From assembly GCF_037042905.1 (NCBI RefSeq), contig NC_087251.1:42224001-42288000 (forward strand): DNA of 64,000 nt, written 5' to 3'. The notes below the pieces were generated by a model. It was given only the letters and a program-made list of their open reading frames with translations. It ran no database searches and had not been told where the DNA came from. The translations under genes and the position numbers were made by a program. The stretch is from Lytechinus pictus. Taxonomy: Eukaryota. Shown here one piece after another: positions 14,356-28,317 of the stretch (positions within the stretch are counted from its first letter, which is position 1; every line of letters begins with the position of its first letter).

Positions 14356-15061
14356 CCTAAATCTCTTGATCGTCACTCCGCTCAAGATTTGATACCAAAT
14401 TGGTCTCCAAATGATTCTCATAAAAACACACAGAGGATGCACCATTAAAAACATACGTTCTCTTCAAGATAAAGCACGAATATATCCATGAACAATCCAA
14501 AGTTTAGAAAACGATAAATAAACATTGCATTTGCTTCCAACAACATTATATCGACCTCGCTAATGTTTTGAAGTCCAAATAAGGCAAACACGATTAAGGG
14601 CCTCGCTGGTTGCTGAGCGAACGACCGACCATTGTTCCCCGCAGAACTCACGGCTAACAAAGTCTTCGAACCTTCGCCTCTATGTCAAGTTCACTAGGAA
14701 TGAAGAACTTAGGCTTAAGAAACCTCAAAATAAACTTGCTTGAACATCACTGAGCACAACGGTAATGTGCATATTCAAACTTCTGCAGAATTGACGAAGA
14801 TTATTTTACGCAGAATATCCTACTCGGGCAGAAAAGAATACGGAGAGGGATGCCTAAGCCCTTATCGTTACTGTTCTCGGCTCCGTACCACCACCGGTAA
14901 CACACGTGGTGAAAACTGAATGAGGAGTGTATAGTACCGGGGACAAACTATACTGCATATGCACGGTCATTCTGGCCTGTAAGTGCGGTGCCATCGGGAC
15001 ATATCGCTGACCTGGGAATGCGGATTAGGGGGGGGGGGGGGGGGGATCTCTATTTTCATTG

Positions 15062-15643
15062 GAAAAGCTGTAATTTTTGTCAGATCGGTCCTTTCTGTTT
15101 AGAATTGCATCTTTCTAAGCAGATGGTATTACACTCAATTCAGGGAAATTGTCAACTAGATACTTATGGTGAATGAAAAGAAGTGATTTACGAATTTATT
15201 AAATTTGTTTACTAAACTCTTGTTATATTCACTGGCTTGTTTTGAACATTATTTCTCTAATCTAGGGCTTCTGTTTCTTTGTTTGGGTTACTTTCTTTAC
15301 CTTTGTCCTGTTTCTAAAATATTGAATTATTCTCAGCGATCTGTTTCACTTGAAAGTTGTAATTTTTGTCAGATCGGTCCTTTCTGTTTAGAATTGCATC
15401 TTTCTAAGCAGATGGTATTACACTCAATTCAGGGAAATTGTCAACTAGATACTATGGTGAATGAAAAGAAGTGATTTATGAGTTTGATAAATTTGTTTAC
15501 TAAACTCTTATGTTATATTCTCTGGCTTGTTTTTAGCATTATTTCTCTAATTTAGGGGCTTCTGTTTCTTTGTTTATGTTACTTTCTTTACCTCTGTCCC
15601 GTTTCTAAAATATTGAATTATTCTCAGCGATCTGTTTCACTTG
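15062..15643. repeat. Tandem duplication, two copies of about 290 bp
   Basis: TGTAATTTTTGTCAGATCGGTCC...CTCAGCGATCTGTTTCACTTGA occurs twice with few differences. Confidence 0.92.
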
Positions 15644-15887
15644 ATCTTATTTTAAACGCACAACAGTCCTTGATTGAACTGACATACTCGAGTCCCACCA
15701 GTGTATCCAACGGAAGCATTCATTGTTCTGCCCAGCCTGATGATTTTTTTATTGTTGAAATGAAATGCCCAAATAAGATAGGCATATTGATAATTGTTGC
15801 TGAAACTTTGTCTACAGCTGGGTCGAAAATAGAAATAGAATGATGAGTAGATGTAGTTTTTGTTTCTACACAACTTCACAGCATGAA

Positions 15888-17163
15888 CAAGTGCCGACCT
15901 GCACTTTGTTTAGTTTTATATTTCTTTTTATAAGAGGTCTGGTTTACATTTGAAATATAATATATTTGTGTTTTTCTTGTTGCAGATGCTGTCCACTCTC
16001 CAATAAGACAGTGACCCCCCCCCCACTAGGATCTGTAGAATACAAAGCACAGCATCAACAATAGGAGAGGTCTCTCTGTATCACACCTAATCAAGTCATT
16101 GTATATGGGTGTGTATACATGTAATTATGTGTATAGTGGCCTTGGGAAATGGGGTATCAAATTACAGTTTTAGTTTATACATATCTTAGGTACATATTAA
16201 AAAAAAATGACACTTAGATTATGTTTGTTTATCACATTTTTTAAATGAAATAGTTGTTTCAATTTAAAAAAAAGTAGAAGCAAAAATTAACATGTTTTCA
16301 TTGTTTTTACACTATGTACTCAAGATGAAAATTCACATACATATACACTAACCATTTAAAAACATACATCTTTAAGATGTCAAACTTTAAAAACTTTTTC
16401 TGACGCTCAGAGAATTGTGACTGTAAAAATAAGAACACAAGAGGGCGCACATCCACTTTGGAGAGAAGACAACATGAACAAAAAACATGAACAGGACTCT
16501 CTTCCTGGCTTTTGAAATGAGCAAGTGCCGACCTGCACTTTTTTTAGTTTTATATTTCTTCTTATAAGAGGTCTGGTTTACATTTGAAATATAATCTATT
16601 TGTGTTTTTCTTGTTGCAGATGCTGTCTACTGTCTAATAAGACAGTGCCCCCCCCCCCCAGTAAGGATCTGTAAAATTCAAAGCACAGCATCAACAATAG
16701 GAGAGGTCTCTCTGTATCACACCTAATCAAGTCATTGTATATGGGTGTGTATACATGTAATTATGTGTATAGTGGCCTTGGGAAATGGGGTATCAAATTA
16801 CAGTATTAGTTTATACATATCTGAGGTACATATGAAAAAAATGACACTTTTAGATTGTTTGTTTAATCACATTTTTTTAATGAAATAGTTGTTTCAATAA
16901 AAAAAAAAGTAGAAGCAAAAATTAACATGTTTTCATTGTTTTTACACTATGTACTCAAGATGAAAATTCACATACATATACAAGAACCGTTTTAAAACAC
17001 ATCTTGAAGAAGATGTCAAACTTTAAAAACTTTTTCTGACGCTCAGAGAATTGTGACTGTAAAAATAAGAACACAAGAGGGCGCACATCCACTTTGGAGA
17101 GAAGACAACATGAACAAAAAAAAACATGAACAGGACTCTCTTCCTGGCTTTAGAAATGAGCAA
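15888..17163. repeat. Tandem duplication, two copies of about 635 bp
   Basis: CAAGTGCCGACCTGCACTTT...CAGGACTCTCTTCCTGGCTTT occurs twice with few differences. Confidence 0.92.
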
Positions 17164-18395
17164 ATAGATATCTTTATACATGAAGTACAAAATCCCTAAA
17201 GTATGTGCAGTGCTCTGTTAATACACAGATGTACCAGTGTGATTCAATCGACACATTATAAACACAACTTCTCCATCTTGAATTTTGGTTTATATTCTTC
17301 AAAATAAAAAATCAGAGATAAAGAAGTAGATAATATTGGGTTTGACTCTATTCACCATGCTTATAAGCAGTTTTCTTCGTCAAAAACGATCATTTGTAAA
17401 ACATGAATTAGCATACAGACATTGGTACCATTTCCTATTTAATCTTAAATCGATATGAAATTTTTGTTCATTTGTTCCTAAAAAGAATGGTACAAAATGA
17501 CGTATTTGTAGAATATCACAGAATTTCCTGTTGAATTCTAGGTTTCACAAATGTGTCATATCATATCTTATGAAAACTCTTATCAAAATGGAAAAGAAAA
17601 TATCTGAAAAAAAAATGACATGGCATATGACCAAGCAATCATTGGCTTAAAGAAGTACCAAGTCAAAATATAAAATTATGAATATAAAGAGATGGTTATA
17701 ATTATTGAATAACACAGCATTTTCGTACATAAAACTGTTTTGACCATGAACACTTTATCACCTTTTTAGTTCAACACATTTGTCATTTTCCATATTGTAA
17801 CAGGGAACTGATAAACATATCAACATCAGGAAAGGATGTTTGGTGTTAATATGACTAAAACTTATTAAATTGTGGACTTACGATGTGATTTTCTACCCTT
17901 CTACACCCACTGCCTTTTAAAAATATCAAGTAATATTTTTTTTATACTAACACAAGTTTTAAAACACTATATTTACACATTGATAAAATAAGCAATGATT
18001 CCTTTTTTTCTGAAGGAAGGTTCTTGCAATTTCATATAAATCAAACCAATTTGGAGCAAAGGACTATCAACTTAGAAACAAAAACCACATAACAAGTGAT
18101 GAATGGGCCGATGACACAAAAGTGGTCTCGAAGAAGAAAAAAAAATCTTGATGAAGTAGTACTGTAATTAAAGTTTGCTTGACCAATCTATACGTCCTGG
18201 TCATGTATTCTGATTTGAAAAACTAAAATAAGTAGATACAAGTTTTACGTTCTTTTTTTTTTACAGCCAAGCAGTAAAACTTTCTGAAGACTTGTTTTTA
18301 TGAAACATTTTTTTTCTTCACAGATTATGCATGCATCCTGAAATGGCTAGGACCTATTGCTAATTGTAAATGTATCTTCAGTTACTACTAAATAT

Positions 18396-19588
18396 AACAA
18401 GTGGAACGCCTCTGGCAGTCTCGCCTGCATTACGCAATTTAATATAGCAGCAGTGCTAACTTTGAAAACTACTATAAAATAATCATTAACAAAAACATCA
18501 TTCATATAATGACATAATACCACGTTCATTGACCATAAATGACATTTGAACAGAGACTTAAGACTGTCAACTACACCCATGTCCACATTTCATTCACTCT
18601 ATCCATAAACTTTCAAAGTTATGATGGCACTTCAACAATTACCCCAACATGGCCTAAGTTTATTGACCTTAACCGACCTTTGACTTGGTTTTGTGACCTG
18701 AAACTCACAGGGGATGTTCAGTGATGCTTGATTACTCTTATGTCCAAGTTTTATGAACTAGATCCATAAACTTTCAGAGTTAGGATGGTAATTTAACATA
18801 TACCCCCAACACGGCCAAAGTTCATTGACCTTAAATGACCACCATTGACCATGGTCATCAGGTCATGTGACCTGAAACTCGCACAGGATATTCAGTGGTA
18901 CTTGATTAACCTAATGTCTAAGTTTCATGAACTAAATCCATAAATTTTCAAAGTTATGATGGTAATTCAACAAATACCCCAAACTTGGCCAAAGTTCATT
19001 GACCCTAAATGACCTTTGACCTTGGTCATGTGACCTGAAACTCAGGCAGGATGTTCACTAATACTTGATTAACCTTATGTCCAAGTTTCATGGACTAGAT
19101 CCATAAATTTTCAAAGTTATGATAGTAATTCAACAAATACCCCCAACTTGACCAAAGTTCATTGACCCTAAATGACCTTTGACCTTGGTCACGTGACCTG
19201 AAACTCGAGCAGGATGTTCACTAATACTTGATTAACCTTATGCCCAAGTTTCATGAACTAGGTCCATATACTTTCTAAGTTATGATGTCATTTCAAAAAC
19301 TTAACCTTCGGTTAAGATTTTGAAAATAATTTTCCCAACATGGTCTAAGTTCATTGACCCTAAATGACCTTTGACCTTGGTCATGTGACCTGAAACTCAG
19401 GCAGGATGTTCAGTAATACTTGATTAACCTTATGTCCAAGTTTCATGAACTAGGTCCATATACTTTCTAAGTTATGATGTCATTTCAAAAACTTAACCTT
19501 AGGTTAAGATTTGATGTTGACGCCGCCGCCGCCGCCGTCGTCGGAAAAGCGGCGCCTATAGTCTCGCTCTGCTATGCAGGCGAGACAA
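18396..19588 (-). mobile_element. Helentron-associated interspersed element (HINE/DINE-1/Tsp-like), copy 1
   Basis: Subterminal inverted repeats GTCTCGCCTGCAT (18418-18430) and ATGCAGGCGAGAC (19574-19586), an adjacent stem-loop, a (GCC)n tract, internal tandem repeats of about 120 bp (GACCTTTGACCTT...GTGACCTGAAACTC), and A/T-run termini without a TSD. Confidence 0.8.
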
Positions 19589-21451
19589 AAACGCATTTTA
19601 CTAATATGTTCTTCCACCAAATGACACATAAAACTACTTGAAAGTGGTCTATGGCTTTTACATATATATCTGAAAATGGAAAAATGGAAAAAGTCAAAAC
19701 TAACTTTTTCAACATGATCATGGTGATTTACAGAATTTGTATGGTGGGATACACCTCTAGATTAATGCAGACTATTACCAAAAGTTCTCATCATGGGGGG
19801 GGGGGGGGGGTTGCAAGAGTAAATTTTGATTAAATGTCAAACTGAAGTGCAAATGTACACATGGTATTCAACAAAGCAATCTCACTGATTAATATGCAGT
19901 AGAACTTACGACGTCCCATGTGTATCAAATCACCAATAAATGAATAGGTTTCATGCATTATTTCATGATGATGATGATCCACAGCATTCAGATTGCGTCA
20001 TATTTCTGTTAAAAACATTCATAACATATATAACTTGGAATTTAAACGTAATTCTTAGTCACACTTAATATCTGTGAAACACCCTCCTGAATATCACCCG
20101 AACTCTACATTTCCTTAAAAAATCAAATTGAATGTAAATGAAAGGTGTTAAAAAAAGTCTATTTCAGCTAAATGCATGAGATCAGGTGGTGAGTGTCAGA
20201 TAGGTAATAAGAGGTGCAAACTAAAACCCAATACAGTACAAGCTCACCGTAAACCCTGTGTAATATCTCATGAAAATGTTGAATGAGATATAAATGGCAA
20301 AGGGTAAAATGGTAAGTCGGAATTTGCATTACATACATTGATTAGAAAAATTCAGTGATGATAAAGTTTCCAGTCAATCTGAAGAAATCTTATTACTTAT
20401 TCTTTAAAAACCTATTAAGGATGCCAACTTTTACAAGATCTCATTACGTGATGACTGATCTGATAAGCTCCAAAAACTAAAGGTGTCTTTCTCCAGCAGA
20501 CAAAGATTAAGGAGGCTTCCTTTCCATCAGAAAACTTTAAATGAGAATGATGCAACAGATAACAAAATGACTAAGTTTTATATTGGAATAAATTTACTGT
20601 CTTTCTCCAGCAAACAAAGATTAAGGAGGCTTCCTTTCCTTTAGACAACTTTAAATGAAAATGATGCAACAGAATATAATCAAAACACACCAAAAATAAA
20701 CCATCCATATATCAATCAACTATGAATGTAAAATGTCAGCTGTATATCACCAAAGTTTCATACTTTTAACAAACAAAACTACAAACATACTCTTATATTT
20801 GCAGTATATGTAAAACAAAAAATAAAAATCTCTTCCTAAAAGAGTTGGTACATAGTTATTCACTGGTCATATCTGATATTTTGTTTTCCCAAAATAATAT
20901 TCAAGAATTCGAGTAAAATGATACTTGCTGAATAAGTTAACATCTGACTAAGACATGATTCCATATTACTCTTCAATCCCCTTGACACACAATGGTAAAG
21001 TGATGTATTGTAAAGTCAAGTCAAGAATTTTATGACTGCTAGTAATTCTACTTCATTTTCATGTTTTTCCCACTTTAATCAGATTTCTGGGTTTTTTCAG
21101 ATTTTCTGCAAAGTAGGGGCCTCTCGGATACTAATATGGTAAAAAAGAAAAGGGGTATTTTGTCATTTTTTAATCACTCTATCATTCCCTCATCCTACCC
21201 CCTCAAAAAAAGAAAACTGTTTTGCAAAAGCAAATGTTACATATCATATCTCACCTCAATTGTGCTTGTAAATGTAACAAAAATAATACAAGTAACCCAC
21301 AACACTGAGAAAACATAGCAACTCCATGATCAAGCCTTCCAGTCAAATACAGCATAATGTGATCTCAATCGAAGTTCCATCATCTTTTTTCATCGTAAGT
21401 TGTAATCAAATGTTCAAAGTTTGGATGAGAAATCTTGGATCCACGTAGTCA

Positions 21452-24400
21452 TCACTTAGCCGCTTGCTTCCTGAGCGTAAGGTATATCTTCTCCTTGATC
21501 CAGTCCTTGTTAACAGGAACATACATGTTTGCAGTTGGTTGGAAGCTGAGATGAAATACAAACAAATAATGTATTCAATTATTATCATTGTCATATAAAA
21601 CAAGTGGAATGCCTCTGGCCGTCTCACCTGCATCACGCGATTCAATATAGCAGCAGTGCTGATTTTGAAAACTACTATAACTCGCACAAGATGTTCAGTG
21701 ATACTTGGTTACTCTTATTTCCACGTTTTATGAACTAGACCAATACACTTATAGAGATATGATGCCAATTCAACAAATACCCCCAACATGGCCAAAGTTC
21801 TTTGACCTTACATGACCTTTGACCTTGATCATGTGACCTGAAACTCGCACAGGATGTTCAGTGATACTTGATTACTATTATGTCCAAGTTTTATGAACTA
21901 GACCAACACACTTTCAAATTTATGGCTGTAATTCAACAAATACCCCAATTTGGCCAAAGTTCATTGACCCTAAATGACCTTTGACCTTGATCATGTGACC
22001 TGAAACTTGCACGGGATGTTCAGTAATACTTGATTACTATTATGTCCAAGTTTCATGAATCAGATCCATAAATTTTCAAAGTTATGATGGTAATTCAACA
22101 GATACCCCCAATTCGGCCAAAGTTCATTGACCCTAAATGACCTTTGACCTTGGTCATGTGATGTGAAACTCATGCAGGATGTTCAGTGATACTTGATTAA
22201 CCTTATGTATAAGTTTCATGAACTAGGTCCATATATTTTCTAAGTTATGATGACATTTCAAAAACTTAACCTTAGGTTAAGATTTTGATCTTAGGTTAAG
22301 ATTTTGATGTTGATTCCCCCAACATGGTCTAAGTTCATTGACCCTAAATGACCTTTGACCTTGATCATGTGACATGAAACTCAGGCAGGATGTTCAGTAA
22401 TACTTGATTAACCTTATGGCCAAGTTTCATGAACTAGGTCCATATACTTTCTAAGTTATGCTGTCATTTCAAAAACTTAACCTCAGGTTAAGATTTGGTG
22501 TTGACGCCGCCGCCGTCGGAAAAGCGGCGCCTATAGTCTCACTCTGCTATGCAGGTGAGACAAAAAAAACCAAGTTATTGAATTCTAAAGTTTAGCAATA
22601 TTTTGTAAAAAGATTTATCTGCATGTCGTTATGAATATTCATTAGGTGGGCTGATGATGTCACATCTCTACTTTCCTTTTTCTTATGTTATTACATGAAA
22701 TCATAATTATTTCATTTTTGCATACAAGTGTGAATGAGGTGTCTCCCAAATAAGTTGCAGCAATGAATATCTAATGAGTTAAATCAGTTATCAATGCAAT
22801 CTTTTTTAGCTCTTGGAGGAAAAAAAATGACTTAACATAATTTAATGTAATAAATTACAAAATAATAAGTTGGGATATAACACAATCAGTTTGCTCATTG
22901 AATATTCATGAAGACATGAATATAATGCAAATCTTTAAAATCCTATAACTTTGTTATTCATTGTCCGATTTTGATAAAATTTTCTGTGTTTTGTTGGTCT
23001 GATTTTATCCTATACCTGTTAAAATCATATTATTTTCAGCCTGTAGAACCCTTTTAATTTTGGGACAGTCTACAAGTAATGATACACTATTGATAAGAGA
23101 AAGGATATTGGGGGATGGAAATCAATGTTATTTCCTTGCAACACCCCAAATAACTTTAAAAGTGTGAAGAAACTGAAGATTTTTAATTTTTTCTTCTAAC
23201 GGAAAAGACCACTTGGCTACTTTATATGTGAAATATTTAATTCTTAACATGCATTAAAATTCATAAAAAATATACAAAAGTGACTGTGTGACATGAACTT
23301 TACATATCACCAATTGTGTGGATATGATCATTTTTGTGAAATTCAGTAAAACTTATGTCATAACCTTATTATTTTACATCTAATTTCAATGAAATTTTTT
23401 ATAGTGTTATGCTTATTTTCTTTTTCTCTAGTTTATTTAATCAATTGATAACTTTATGGCATTAGCTTTTTGAAATTTTCATAATTCAGAACCAATAATT
23501 TAAAGTCAAAGTAACAGAAGATGATTTTCTTCTTTTTTTTTAATTGAAGGTTGGCAGAATTTGTATCAGTTTTATGTGATGACGTCAATAACTAAACGAA
23601 TCATTAAATCCTGTGACATTTGCACGTCAGTGGATTTCCTGTTAGTGGATAAAATATTGTAGTGCAAACTTTAAAAAATACCTATTTTCGCACAGTGAAG
23701 GATATTTTTGAAGTTCATAATTTCAATCACTATTGAGAATCATGCAAATAAACACACAGAAATAAAAGGTGGAATGCTTTCCATCTCAAGACGTAAATTG
23801 CATTCAAACTTGTATTAAAGTGGTTGATATATTGAACCTTGAATCTTTGAAAGTGATTTACTCTTTTGGTTCAGGCATTCGAATGTTACTTCGTGAAACG
23901 CACTAGTTTACTCAACTTACACCAGGCAGCTAAGGTCTGTGAGGTTATCAATGAAATCAAAGAGTTCACTGATATCATATGTGATGGATGGGCTGTTAGG
24001 ATGCAATCTCTTCAGGTGTTCTTCAAAGATCCGACAAATTCCTGAATTAAAGATAAATACCAGTTGTGGTAAAAAATATCAAAATGAGTTCGAATAGAAT
24101 CCAGTGAAATTACCTCCAAAGTGTCCGTATGTATAAAGGAAAAATATGTGCCAAATTGCTCAGGAAGAAAATGTGTAATAGCTTAGAAATGAGCAAAATA
24201 AACACGGAATTCCATCAAATGTCGGGTATTTTTTGAAGCAATATTAATATATGTCCCAGTCCCACATATGCTTTTCTGTGTTAGTGAATATCATTAGAAT
24301 TATCAATTTTGAGCAACGATTTCACAATTTTACAAAGTTAAGTTGTCATTAATGTACCAGATCTAGATATATGATAATATTTTGACTATTAACCTTGATT

Positions 24401-26955
24401 TAAAAGACTTTCTCATGAAATAAATGTTTGCTGCAACTACTGTCTTTTACCTTTAAAGTCAATTTTTAAAAAGATGAAATTCCAGTTAAGGTAATGAACA
24501 TAAAAAGAATTCAGAACACGGCAGGCACATTTCATACTGGCCTATCGCAATCAAGGTTTCCATGGTATTTACAATAATTGCAATGTTACCATCGTTAAGT
24601 CTTTATGAATCGGCTCGGCATGAGGTACTATGCTATAAATACCATGCAAAATCATTCTGTAATAAGGATAGTAATAGCTCAGTAATCACATTTAGCACAG
24701 CATTTTACCATTATATGTAGATGGATCATATTCCAAGCTATTATCAATGCACACACCCATGTATATATGCCTGTGTTTACCCGTGTTTTCAGCATATTCA
24801 TGAGCTAGTTTTCATTTGTCAACTTTTAGTTCGGCTTTATGTCATAACGATGATTATATATCAGTAAAGATATATAATTTGACTTCATAAGATGAAAATG
24901 TTTGTAATTTGAATTTTTTCTCTCAACAAGCTCAGATACATAAAAGAAACATATACCTGTATGCAGATTCTAACCAAACATTTATATTCATTCTCCAAAA
25001 CTCAAGTACTTTTAGACAAAATTAATATTGCTAAAAAATTATCATTATATTGAGTCTTATCCCCAGATACTCAAGGATTTCATGTATAACAGACTGGAGT
25101 TGAATTTGCAATAACTGATAATTGACAGGACTGGGATCATAATCAAAATCACTACTTGACTCTATCCAATTTATCATATATATGTAAGTGTATACTACAT
25201 GTAGATAACAAATACTCACCTTCCATGCATTCTCTCACCGAATTGTAATCCGTGTAAGTTCTTGTGTCCGCTATCTCTCCTGGCTGAATCAACAGTATTG
25301 TATGAGACTGCAATGAAAGTGTGAAACGATATTTAAACATAAGACAACCATACAGTTATTCTTAAGAATACTTTACTATATTTCCCAAAATTATTTGAAA
25401 AAAAAAATATGAAAAATAAATCAAAAATCTTAGTTTGTATAGGCAGAAATAATTTGTGGTTGTACAACATTTGCTCCTGCGACAATTGCTCTGGGCTTAA
25501 TTTCATCTTAGATGTAAGTTTTAGGTAGCAATATAGGGTTAATTTTTGGTTTAGTGTAGGGTATAGCGTTAAACCCAGGGTTGAAGTTGGGTCATTCGAT
25601 TAGTGAGTGGAATTTAGAGTGGAGAAATTGTCACCAGAGCAAATGTCATGAAACCTAATTTGTTGTTTAAACAATCAAGCAATTATTTGGGGGTGGGGGG
25701 GGGGGATAGAGCACAATTTTCATTTTCAATTGCCAAAATCGATCAAGAGTAATAATCTACGGTGTAAGTTCTGATTGGAGTCAAGCAAGCAGTGGAATTC
25801 CACAAGGAATATTTTTGGACCCATTCCATTCGACATCTTCATAAATGATTTACCAAATATCTTGGAAAATTCTGTGTTATTGTGCTACTGGCAACTCGAG
25901 TTTAACAATATTTAATAAATGCAAGGTTTTACATTTTGGGAAGAACAATTCAAGAAGTGTTTACACTAGGAATGGAGATGAATGGAAGTGTGTACACGAC
26001 CAGTCATCATTCTTTGACTTACTATTACCTATTAAAAACCAGAGAATAGATTCAGTGGACTGAATCTATTGTTCTCTGGTTGAAACAGGGTTATAGAGAT
26101 ATAATAAATAAATCCTTAAATGGGGACCTCTGGGAAAATAATTATTAATCTTGTGATTGTTACTAGTAAATGTTCACTGCTTGTATCAAATCAACTGAGC
26201 TACATATATTAACATTGAATGTATGTAGCAACACAAATTTTAATAAAGGGGCCTCATTTTCCCCATTTTGATGGGGCAAATAAGGTCCTCTGACAACAGT
26301 GTCTAATGCTAATATGCAAATGAGATGAATTTTCATATTTCTATTGGATAATGTAGACCTATTGTAGGCTAGTGTTAGACATCTAATCATGTTTCTACTG
26401 CTATGAATTAAAAAGATATGATTGAATTATGAAAAAGGAGGCCTTATTTATCCCATTGTCCCTTAAAGATCAGTTGGACTACATGTAGTACAGGTGTGGA
26501 AAGATTTGAAACCTCCATTCCTCAACTAATATAAAATAAACTGTTTAGATATTAAATCATCAATACCAGAAGTGAAGACAGGAAAATCTACAGAAAGTCT
26601 TTATTTTCTGTACCCGATGTAAAAAATAATTTAAAGAATCAAATTTTTTTTTTTAATACTTAAGAGCCAAGTTGTATGATGAATGGAATAGGTGTAATGG
26701 AAACTGTCAGTGTAAAAAAATCAAGCATTTGTCCCAAAGAAAAAGAGAAAATAAGCCAAACATTGCCACCCTTATTTTGCCACACATGGAGTCTTGGACT
26801 CGGACTCACGGAGATACAAAACAGAGTCAGACTCAGAGAACAAGGTTCATGAGGTTATTTATATGATAACCTTGTTCATTGAAAAGAATGAGTGGTTATA
26901 AAATGATATATATATGGGGAAAATAAAACAAAAAATAATAGCAATATCATACCAT
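21452..26955 (-). CDS. ERH: Enhancer of rudimentary homolog, 101 aa, spliced: join(26953-26955 tentative ATG-only exon, 25220-25307, 23921-24041, 21452-21545)
   Basis: Spliced translation is [101 protein letters not shown]. It matches the ERH signatures [22 protein letters not shown] and [10 protein letters not shown]. Internal exons are 88 and 121 nt with GT-AG sites and consistent phases. The start exon (ATG|gtatga at 26955-26953) is the best candidate but is less certain. Confidence 0.95.
21599..22563 (-). mobile_element. HINE-like element, copy 2, in the last ERH intron
   Basis: Same architecture as copy 1, with subTIRs GTCTCACCTGCAT (21621-21633) and ATGCAGGTGAGAC (22549-22561). Confidence 0.8.
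24051..24452. mobile_element. TTAA-TSD MITE (Kolobok-like), same family as 6493-6886, abutting the ERH exon 3 acceptor
   Basis: TTAA|AGATAAATACCAGT ... ACTGTCTTTTACCT|TTAA, with internal similarity to 6493-6886 (TGTACCAGATCTAGAT, AGACTTTCTCATGAAAT). Confidence 0.78.
25791..25995 (+). pseudogene. Decayed CR1/L2-type LINE reverse transcriptase fragment in an ERH intron
   Basis: Frameshifted remnants [25 protein letters not shown] and [11 protein letters not shown]. Confidence 0.75.
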
Positions 26956-28317
26956 AATTATTATTATAATGAACCTTCTGTTTGATACTGATTAAGATTA
27001 AGTTCCAACTGGCGAGGTGAGCGCGCGAGGTCCAGATGCTGTATTGTCGATGCTGTATTGTCGAAGTGCCACAGGCTCAGATCAGACTGTGATGGCCAGT
27101 GTCGGTGGGGGTGAGTCTAGGCCAGCGCCAGGGCAGGGCCGGGTACCGCCAAGCAAGCCTCGCTGGAGCTGGAGTCGCGTCGAGCTCGAGACAGCTGAAA
27201 AGAACCTAGATGCAGATCTCAAGTCGCAGGTTTCAATTCAGGTTCCGGGCTCGTATACCGTAAGAGTTATTATTTCAGCAATAATACAAACACGGAATGT
27301 AGATAACATGAACAAAACTAGTCAAATCTGTCCAAAATATGGGGCCTCACAAATAAACTTGTCACACATCAAAACAACGTGGAGTACGGAAGCCATTCGT
27401 TGGTTTATTACGCGGCCGCGCACGAACGCACGACGAGTGTCGACGGCTGACGTGACGTGACTGACTGACTGACACGTACGTGCTGCTGACGGAATGTATT
27501 TTTTTATCTCTGGAATGAATGAATGAACGCACAGGCAGGTTCGGTTTATATACACAACAAAAAAAGTAAGTCCCCCCCATAGAGATGTATACTAACTACG
27601 CTAGAGTGCGGAGTCGCCATAGGCGCGCGTACTTAACTTAACGTCTGTGATTGTGTGGAGCGTGGCGGCCATTGCTCGATAGGTATAGATTCGCAAAAGT
27701 ACCCGGATGTACCCATAGCTCGTGCGTTGTAACGCTGTGAAAAGGGGTGCCGTCTCCGGCCTTTATCTTGAAGAAAAGAACACAACCTCATAAAAATCGA
27801 AAATATGAATGACAAATTGCATCTCAATACACTATTAGAGTGATTACATGGGGATTATGCTATTAATTTGGCATTTAAAAAACCTGATTTCTCGGGATGA
27901 AATTCTAAATAATTTGCATTTACCTGTCCGTTTATAGGCCTGTAATAGATAACAATGTTGATATACTATCATATAAACAATCATATAAAAATAAAAACAT
28001 ACAGCGGACATTAATAGAAAGATTGACAATTAATTCAAAAGACTGCAGTGAATTAACCCTTCTCTGGATTTCCCTACCTTTAACTGCATCGCCGTCCTCC
28101 TTCCATCCTTCCCACATATACGTCCTTTGATTCTATGTTTATGTTGGATATAATTTTGTAATTTCTATATAGGCCTACATGATATGTAACTTGCTTTAAT
28201 TTGTATGAAATATAGGCCTATCATTTTTATATATTAAGTTGTACAATAATTCTGTATAAGTTAGTGTTTTGATCTACATGCGCTGTTAAAGGGCATCCCA
28301 TTATTGTTCTTGGTGAG

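Noticed and set aside
18560..19520. Regularly spaced repeats resembling a CRISPR array
   Set aside because: Whole units of about 120 bp repeat with no unique spacers, there are no cas genes, and the context is eukaryotic. These are HINE internal repeats.
27017..27460. 147-aa plus-strand ORF
   Set aside because: GC-rich ERH promoter/5' region read antisense, with a non-ATG start and no domain.
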